Shown here in pieces: positions 58,109 through 64,000 of a DNA stretch of 64,000 bases. Origin of the DNA: Gammaproteobacteria bacterium. Its GTDB lineage: Bacteria; Pseudomonadota; Gammaproteobacteria; GCA-001735895. A model generated the notes under the pieces. It did not search any database. It saw only the letters and a list, made by a program, of their open reading frames with translations, and was not told the origin of the DNA. Positions within the stretch are counted from its first letter, which is position 1. The number at the start of each line of letters is the position of its first letter. A program made the position numbers and the translations under genes. The stretch lies in contig JBNLGQ010000029.1 in NCBI GenBank assembly GCA_050306135.1, positions 128,585 through 192,584 on the forward strand, written 5' to 3'.

Positions 58109-58471
58109 ATGCTGATGGATATCGTATTTATAAAAGACCTGCAGATTGAAACCGTAATTGGGATATATGACTGGGAGCGCAAGATTCGACAGATGATTAG
58201 CCTTGATCTTGAAATGGCTAGCGATATCAGAAAGGCTGCCAGCACTGATAATATTGACGATACACTTAATTACAAAGCCGTGGCCAAACGCCTGATCTCA
58301 TATGTTAGTGACAGTGAATATGAGTTGGTGGAAACCCTGGCCGAGAAGATATGCAGTATTATCATGCAGGAATTTGATGTGCCCTGGGTAAGGCTCACAC
58401 TCAATAAGCCAGGAGCTGTAAGTGGCTCCAGGTCGGTGGGCGTAAGAATCGAACGTGGACAAAGGCAATAG
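58109..58471 (+). CDS. folB: Dihydroneopterin aldolase
   Basis: IGIYDWER and LVETLAE...KPGAV motifs. Confidence 0.95.
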   Translation: MLMDIVFIKDLQIETVIGIYDWERKIRQMISLDLEMASDIRKAASTDNIDDTLNYKAVAKRLISYVSDSEYELVETLAEKICSIIMQEFDVPWVRLTLNKPGAVSGSRSVGVRIERGQRQ

Positions 58472-58473
58472 TC

Positions 58474-58965
58474 ATGGCTAGAGTGAGTGTTAGCTTAGGT
58501 AGCAATATAGATAGTGAACAGAATATTCGAAGAGCAATAGCCTTGCTTGAGCAGCTTTACGGGGAATTAGTCATTTCTCCCGTGTATCAAACAGCGTCGG
58601 TTGGATTTGAAGGCGATGATTTTCTCAATCTGGTAGTACTGTTTTCCGCATACGACGAAGCTAAGGATATCGTTAGAGCGCTTAAACAGATAGAAGATAG
58701 CATGGGGCGAGACCGCTCCTTACCCAAATTTACGCCTCGTAGCATTGATCTTGATCTGCTGACTTATGACCACCAGGTAATCGATGATAAGGGAGTGCAG
58801 ATTCCGCGCCATGAGATTCTAAAAAATGCCTTTGTACTCAAGCCTTTAAGCGATATTATGGGCGAAGAAGAGCATCCAGTGGTAGGGAAAACCTATAATG
58901 AGCTGTGGAATGAGATGAAAAACTCAGCAGATCGCATAGAAAATATAGCCTTTCAGCTGAAATAA
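58474..58965 (+). CDS. folK: 2-amino-4-hydroxy-6-hydroxymethyldihydropteridine diphosphokinase
   Basis: SLGSN, FLNLV, PRSIDLDLL and AFVLKPL motifs. Confidence 0.95.
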   Translation: MARVSVSLGSNIDSEQNIRRAIALLEQLYGELVISPVYQTASVGFEGDDFLNLVVLFSAYDEAKDIVRALKQIEDSMGRDRSLPKFTPRSIDLDLLTYDHQVIDDKGVQIPRHEILKNAFVLKPLSDIMGEEEHPVVGKTYNELWNEMKNSADRIENIAFQLK

Positions 58966-59056
58966 ATACCGTTTACCCTTTGGTTCGCTCAATAATTGCC
59001 ATATTGACCATTAATTGTGCGGTGTTTGCAGATAATTGTGTTTCGATTACAGGCCA

Positions 59057-59242
59057 GGGTCTGTTAATACGTATTAACAGACCCGAATGGCACTTACTTA
59101 AGGCTAACACGACGTCATTGCGAGGAGCTTGCGACGTGGCAATCTCTTTTGGCAGTTGGTTTCAGCACGGTTTAGAGATCGCCGCGCTAACGCTCGCGAT
59201 GACAATTTTCCGTTAAGTAAGAGCCATTCTTAACAGACCCTA
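59057..59242. mobile_element. Composite non-coding element: family-B-like ends enclosing an RPE-like palindrome
   Basis: Perfect 28-bp palindrome at 59057-59084; gaatggcacttacttaa / ttaagtaagagccattc arms; inner cgtcattgcgag..gcaatctc / gagatcgcc..ctcgcgatgac; right end ttaacagacccta. Confidence 0.75.
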
Positions 59243-59348
59243 ATTCGTTACGGCTATAAATTGCATAATGGTGGGTATATTTATTGAGTCAAATGGAAGG
59301 CATTTTGAACCCATTCCCCGTAATAAAACGCTCAACTTGAGATAGCTC

Positions 59349-60605
59349 GTGGAATTAAAAACGGATAATCTGGATTTCTGGAAATCAATATCGATATTGT
59401 TGAAGGATAACTGCCTGGTAACAGATGGTGACAGCCTGAAATATGCAGGTTCGACATTAACTGATTTGTTAGCTGTCGATAACGAAGACCTGTTTGGTCG
59501 CCCCTGCGATGACTTTTTCTGTTTACACGATAAAACTTCTTTAAGTGATGCCATTCGCGGGTTGCACACAGAAGAGAAAAAAATACTCAGCCTGCAGCTC
59601 CTTTCTGTTCACCTCTCAACCGATCACTCCCAGACTTTGCAGGTAGAGTTTCAACAAAAGGAGATTCTGGGTACAAAGTTGATTGTTGGAGTTATAGCGA
59701 ATCAAAATACGAATCAGCTAACTGAACAGGCGCCTGCAGATACACATCTTCAATTGAGCACGATTCTCGAAAGTTTCAGTAACACCATTTTTCGAACCAA
59801 TATGGATGGTGCTATCACACTTATTTCAGAAAACGTTAAGGAGTTAATGGGGTATACCCGAGAGGAGGTTATCGGTACTAAGTTATCTAATTATTACTGG
59901 ACCCCGGAAGACAGGGAACGATCTGTACAGGAAATTATGAAGCAGAATGGCAATGTGGCACAGCTGGACACGGTCATGCGTCATAAGGATGGGTCTCCAG
60001 TATGGATTGTGTCCAATGTTCATTTAATAAAAAACGAAAAAGACGAGCCGATAGGGGTTGAGGGTATAGGGCATGATGTAACCTATCAGAAGAAACTTGA
60101 ACAAAAGCTTGAAACACTGGCATTAACGGATAGCATGACACAGTTACCCAATCGCAGAGCCCTGTTGGATGAGCTTCATCGTCACTATGTGCTGGCTCGG
60201 GCAAACAATTCAACAATCTCTCTGGTGATGGTTGATATCAAGGGGACCAAAAAGGTAAACGAGCAGTATGGATATCTGTATGGAGATGCGCTAATAAAAC
60301 AGGTCGCTACCCTGTTAAGGGTGTATACACAGTTTCCTCAGGTGTTCGGGAGGGTTTCTGCTGATGAGTTTTTATACATTCTGCCGGGATATACCATAAA
60401 TAATACAGTTCAATTTATTGCACCGATCATAGAAGCAGTGAAACAGGATCCTGTAATGATCGGAGATAAAAGGGTGAGTTATTCCTTATCTATCGGTTTG
60501 ACTGAACTTAGAAAAAGTGACAAGAATGAATTTGCGTTGCTGGATAGAGCAGATAAAGCCACTCTGGTTTCCAAACACGGTGTGTCCAGTTTCGAAGTGA
60601 TGTAA
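59349..60605 (+). CDS. PAS domain + degenerate GGDEF protein
   Basis: PAS/PAC followed by ALTDSMTQLPNRR; DIKGTK..NEQYGY and RVSADEF instead of DxDxFK..ND.YGH and GGDEF; GTG start. Confidence 0.8.
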   Translation: MELKTDNLDFWKSISILLKDNCLVTDGDSLKYAGSTLTDLLAVDNEDLFGRPCDDFFCLHDKTSLSDAIRGLHTEEKKILSLQLLSVHLSTDHSQTLQVEFQQKEILGTKLIVGVIANQNTNQLTEQAPADTHLQLSTILESFSNTIFRTNMDGAITLISENVKELMGYTREEVIGTKLSNYYWTPEDRERSVQEIMKQNGNVAQLDTVMRHKDGSPVWIVSNVHLIKNEKDEPIGVEGIGHDVTYQKKLEQKLETLALTDSMTQLPNRRALLDELHRHYVLARANNSTISLVMVDIKGTKKVNEQYGYLYGDALIKQVATLLRVYTQFPQVFGRVSADEFLYILPGYTINNTVQFIAPIIEAVKQDPVMIGDKRVSYSLSIGLTELRKSDKNEFALLDRADKATLVSKHGVSSFEVM

Positions 60606-60782
60606 ATAGCGATACAGCTAGCAGTAGCCCCGCCACAAAATACCTGTCCAGAAGTTTATTCAAATCAGATCGTTGACCTGCCTGCCGCAAGGTTTGACAA
60701 TGATCAACATTAATACGGTTCTGTATGGAGCCGATGCATATCTTTCAACTGATTTTTCCAGGTTCAACCCTGTCGAATAGCA

Positions 60783-63700
60783 ATGACTAAATCAATAAAA
60801 CCTGTACAAACAGCACAGAAAACTGGCTGGCAATTCTGGGTCGACCGTGGCGGTACTTTTACTGATCTGGTTGCCCGGCGTCCCGATGGGGTACTGCTGA
60901 CTCATAAACTATTGTCGGAAAACCCTCAGCAGTATCAGGATGCGGCCATTCAGGGAATAAGGGATCTATTGGGTGTAAAGGCTGGTGAGGCTCTACCCGC
61001 TGAGCAAATAGAAGCAGTCAAGATGGGTACGACCGTAGCCACCAATGCTCTTCTGGAGCGCCAGGGTGAACCAACCCTGCTGGTCACTACCCGAGGCTTT
61101 GCGGATGCCCTGCGTATTGGCTATCAAACCCGACCCGATCTATTTGCGTTGGATATAGAATTGCCCGAGATGCTTTATACGCAGGTGCTAGAGGTTGATG
61201 AGCGCATCGCTGCGCAGGGCGAGGTCGTGAAGGCACTGGATGATGCACAGGCGCGGACTGGTTTACAACAGGCTTATGACAGCGGATTACGAGCCCTGGC
61301 GATTCTGTTTATGCATGGCTATCGCTATCCAGAGCATGAGCTTAAGGTGGCTGAGATAGCCAGTGAGATTGGTTTTAGCCAGATCTCAGTAAGCTCACAG
61401 GTCAGTCCATTGATGAAACTGGTGAGTCGGGGTGACACCACTGTGGTGGATGCCTATCTGTCGCCTATCCTGCGGCGTTATATCAATCAAGTTGCCGATG
61501 AATTATCAGGCATGCAGACATCAGGAGGGCGGCTGATGTTTATGCAGTCTAATGGCGGGCTGACAGATGCGCACTGCTTTCAGGGCAAGGATGCCATTCT
61601 TTCCGGCCCGGCTGGTGGTGTAGTAGGTATGGTACGAACTGCCGAAGCTGCAGGATACAATCGACTGATCGGTTTTGACATGGGTGGGACTTCCACCGAT
61701 GTCAGCCATTATGCTGGTGAATATGAACGTGCTTTTGAGACCGAAGTCGCGGGTGTAAGAATTCGCGCACCGATGATGCAAATCCATACGGTGGCCGCAG
61801 GTGGTGGTTCTATTCTGCAGTTTGATGGTGCCCGCTATCGCGTAGGGCCAGACTCGGCGGGTGCCAACCCCGGGCCAGCCAGCTATCGTAATGGCGGGCC
61901 ATTGACCGTCACCGATTGTAATGTGATGCTGGGCAAGCTTCAGCCAGATCATTTTCCCCCAGTATTTGGTCCAAATGCTGATCAGCCGCTGGATGCAGAA
62001 ATAGTTGAGAAAAAGTTTAGTGAGCTGGCCGAGGAAATATTCGTGGCTACCGGAAAGCGCAGCACGCCACAGCAGGTAGCCGAAGGTTTTCTCGCCATTG
62101 CGGTAGAGAATATGGCGAATGCCATCAAGAAAATTTCGGTTCAGCGTGGCTATGATATCTCTGAATATACCCTGTGCTGTTTTGGTGGAGCCGGCGGGCA
62201 GCACGCCTGTCTGGTGGCGGATGCACTGGGCATGAAGCGCGTTTATCTGCACCCATATTCAGGCGTGTTATCAGCGTTTGGTATGGGATTGGCAGATCTT
62301 CGCCTGATGCGAGAGAAAGCCGTGGAAGCTATTCTTGAGGATAAGGTGATGACTGAACTCCAACAGCAGCTAATAGAACTGCAAAAGGATGCTGAACAGG
62401 GGATGCTGGCACAGGGAGTACCCGCCTCTCGTATACGTAGTGAATGGAAGATGCATCTACGTTATTCAGGTTCGGATACGGCTCTGGTTGTTGTACATGG
62501 TGAACTGGCAGAGATTGTCGAAACCTTTGAGCAGGCACATCGCCAGCGTTTCGGTTTTATCTCCGCCGACAAGCCACTGATTGTAGAGGCGCTACAGGTG
62601 GAAGTGATAGGGGAATCTGACTCACCTGCTGTTGAAGTCCGAGCAGAGCAAATATTGACTGATAGGCTTACCGCCATTCATCAGGCTGTGATGAATGGTG
62701 AACCCCATACTACGCCATTCTATGAGCGGGATGCACTGCCGGTTGCCAGCGCAATTAAAGGCCCCGCTATCATTATCGAAAAAACGGGCACTATCGTGGT
62801 TGAGCCAGGCTGGCAGGCTACACTGACTGAGAACAATGACATCCTGCTTGAACGCTATCAGGCGCTGCCTAAACGGGTAGCTATAGGTACTCAGGTTGAC
62901 CCGGTGATGCTGGAGATTTTCAACAACCTGTTCATGTCTATCGCCGAACAGATGGGTATGGTGCTGGAAAACACTGCCGCTTCAGTCAATATAAAAGAAC
63001 GTCTCGATTTCTCCTGTGCCGTGTTTGATCAGGCGGGAGAACTCATCGCCAATGCACCGCATATGCCTGTTCACCTGGGCTCGATGAGTGAGAGCATCAA
63101 AACGGTAATTCGAGAGCGTCTGGATACAATGAAAAAGGGCGATGCCTATGCGCTGAATGCACCTTACAACGGGGGGACTCATCTGCCCGATGTGACCATT
63201 ATCAAGCCAGTATTCGATGAGTCAGGTGATCAGGTCATTTTTTATGTCGCCGCCCGTGGACATCATGCGGATATTGGCGGTATCACACCGGGCTCTATGC
63301 CCCCTGATTCAAGTTCGGTAGAGCAGGAAGGTATTCTGATCGACAATGTGAAGCTGGTAGATCAGGGACGATTTCTGGAACAGGAAATGCGTGATCTACT
63401 CAACTCCGGAGACTACCCTTCGCGCAATCCTGATGCGAATATTGCAGATTTTCAGGCCCAGCTTGCCGCCTGTGAAAAGGGCATGCAGGAACTACAGCGC
63501 ATGGTGAATCATTTTGGACTGCAGGTGGTGCATGCCTATATGCGGCATGTGCAGGAGAATGCCGAAGAGTCCGTACGCAGAGTGCTTGATGTGCTCAGTG
63601 ATGGTGAATTCTGTTATGCGATGGATGATGGTAATCAGGTTTGCGTTAAAATCACACTGGATAAAGAGGCGCGTCGCGCGGTAATCGATTTCACTGGGAC

Positions 63701-64000
63701 CAGCGAACAGCATCCCGGTAATTACAATGCCCCAGCCTCGGTATGTAAAGCAGCTGTGCTGTATGTTTTCCGCTGTCTGGTGGATGACATGATTCCCCTC
63801 AATGAAGGCTGCCTGAAACCACTGGATATCATTATTCCTGAAGGCTCAATGATCAATCCGCGTTACCCGGCAGCAGTGGTTGCGGGCAATGTAGAAACCT
63901 CACAGGTAATTGTCGATACCCTGCTGGGCGCGCTTGGTGTTGCAGCCGCTTCGCAGGGAACCATGAACAACTTCACCTGGGGCAATGCAAAATATCAGTA
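60783..64000 (+). CDS. Fused ATP-dependent 5-oxoprolinase / hydantoinase A-B (3'-truncated by the window edge; not in the ORF track)
   Basis: Hand translation from ATG 60783 gives [45 protein letters not shown] and, in the same frame, GTMNNFTWG at the window end. Confidence 0.93.
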   Translation, partial: MTKSIKPVQTAQKTGWQFWVDRGGTFTDLVARRPDGVLLTHKLLSENPQQYQDAAIQGIRDLLGVKAGEALPAEQIEAVKMGTTVATNALLERQGEPTLLVTTRGFADALRIGYQTRPDLFALDIELPEMLYTQVLEVDERIAAQGEVVKALDDAQARTGLQQAYDSGLRALAILFMHGYRYPEHELKVAEIASEIGFSQISVSSQVSPLMKLVSRGDTTVVDAYLSPILRRYINQVADELSGMQTSGGRLMFMQSNGGLTDAHCFQGKDAILSGPAGGVVGMVRTAEAAGYNRLIGFDMGGTSTDVSHYAGEYERAFETEVAGVRIRAPMMQIHTVAAGGGSILQFDGARYRVGPDSAGANPGPASYRNGGPLTVTDCNVMLGKLQPDHFPPVFGPNADQPLDAEIVEKKFSELAEEIFVATGKRSTPQQVAEGFLAIAVENMANAIKKISVQRGYDISEYTLCCFGGAGGQHACLVADALGMKRVYLHPYSGVLSAFGMGLADLRLMREKAVEAILEDKVMTELQQQLIELQKDAEQGMLAQGVPASRIRSEWKMHLRYSGSDTALVVVHGELAEIVETFEQAHRQRFGFISADKPLIVEALQVEVIGESDSPAVEVRAEQILTDRLTAIHQAVMNGEPHTTPFYERDALPVASAIKGPAIIIEKTGTIVVEPGWQATLTENNDILLERYQALPKRVAIGTQVDPVMLEIFNNLFMSIAEQMGMVLENTAASVNIKERLDFSCAVFDQAGELIANAPHMPVHLGSMSESIKTVIRERLDTMKKGDAYALNAPYNGGTHLPDVTIIKPVFDESGDQVIFYVAARGHHADIGGITPGSMPPDSSSVEQEGILIDNVKLVDQGRFLEQEMRDLLNSGDYPSRNPDANIADFQAQLAACEKGMQELQRMVNHFGLQVVHAYMRHVQENAEESVRRVLDVLSDGEFCYAMDDGNQVCVKITLDKEARRAVIDFTGTSEQHPGNYNAPASVCKAAVLYVFRCLVDDMIPLNEGCLKPLDIIIPEGSMINPRYPAAVVAGNVETSQVIVDTLLGALGVAAASQGTMNNFTWGNAKYQ

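Noticed and set aside
58980-59216. 78-aa ORF after folK
   Set aside because: Runs through the composite palindromic element; TTG start and no recognizable motifs
61521-63713. Minus-strand ORFs of up to 243 aa
   Set aside because: Antisense shadows of the 5-oxoprolinase gene, which the ORF track missed because its stop lies outside the window

Overview
64 kb of bacterial chromosome, most consistent with an environmental Gammaproteobacterium (gammaproteobacterial rnfABCDGE, rpmB-rpmG, folB-folK, glutamine-dependent nadE). This assignment is an inference; no rRNA, tRNA, CRISPR array, integrase or transposase gene was found. About 62 CDS. Housekeeping genes: uppP, nadC, nadE, nth, rnf, trpB, rpmBG, folBK and a 5-oxoprolinase cut by the window edge. 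Accessory loci: an AOR-family oxidoreductase with MoaD, glcDEF divergent from a glyoxylate aminotransferase, a polar amino-acid ABC transporter and three c-di-GMP proteins, two of them degenerate. Three candidate undescribed systems stand out. (1) An ECF sigma factor whose membrane anti-sigma is fused to a periplasmic DsrE sulfur-relay domain, followed by a secreted Cys-less DsrE paralog (13.7-15.4 kb). (2) An ECF/zinc-anti-sigma pair whose TGTAAG-N16/17-CGACTA motif recurs in front of an ArsS radical-SAM/DUF547/LpxR-like/SSS/GltB-like operon; the block is bracketed by short TA-flanked inverted ends (39.4-46.6 kb). (3) A TonB-dependent receptor operon with a His-rich anchored protein, a polyferredoxin membrane protein, a CcdA-like protein and its own ExbBD-TonB, preceded by tandem RegA-type boxes (46.6-52.9 kb). 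Three families of non-coding palindromic repeats are present, including interleaved and nested composites. All protein family calls come from motif recognition by eye, not from database searches.
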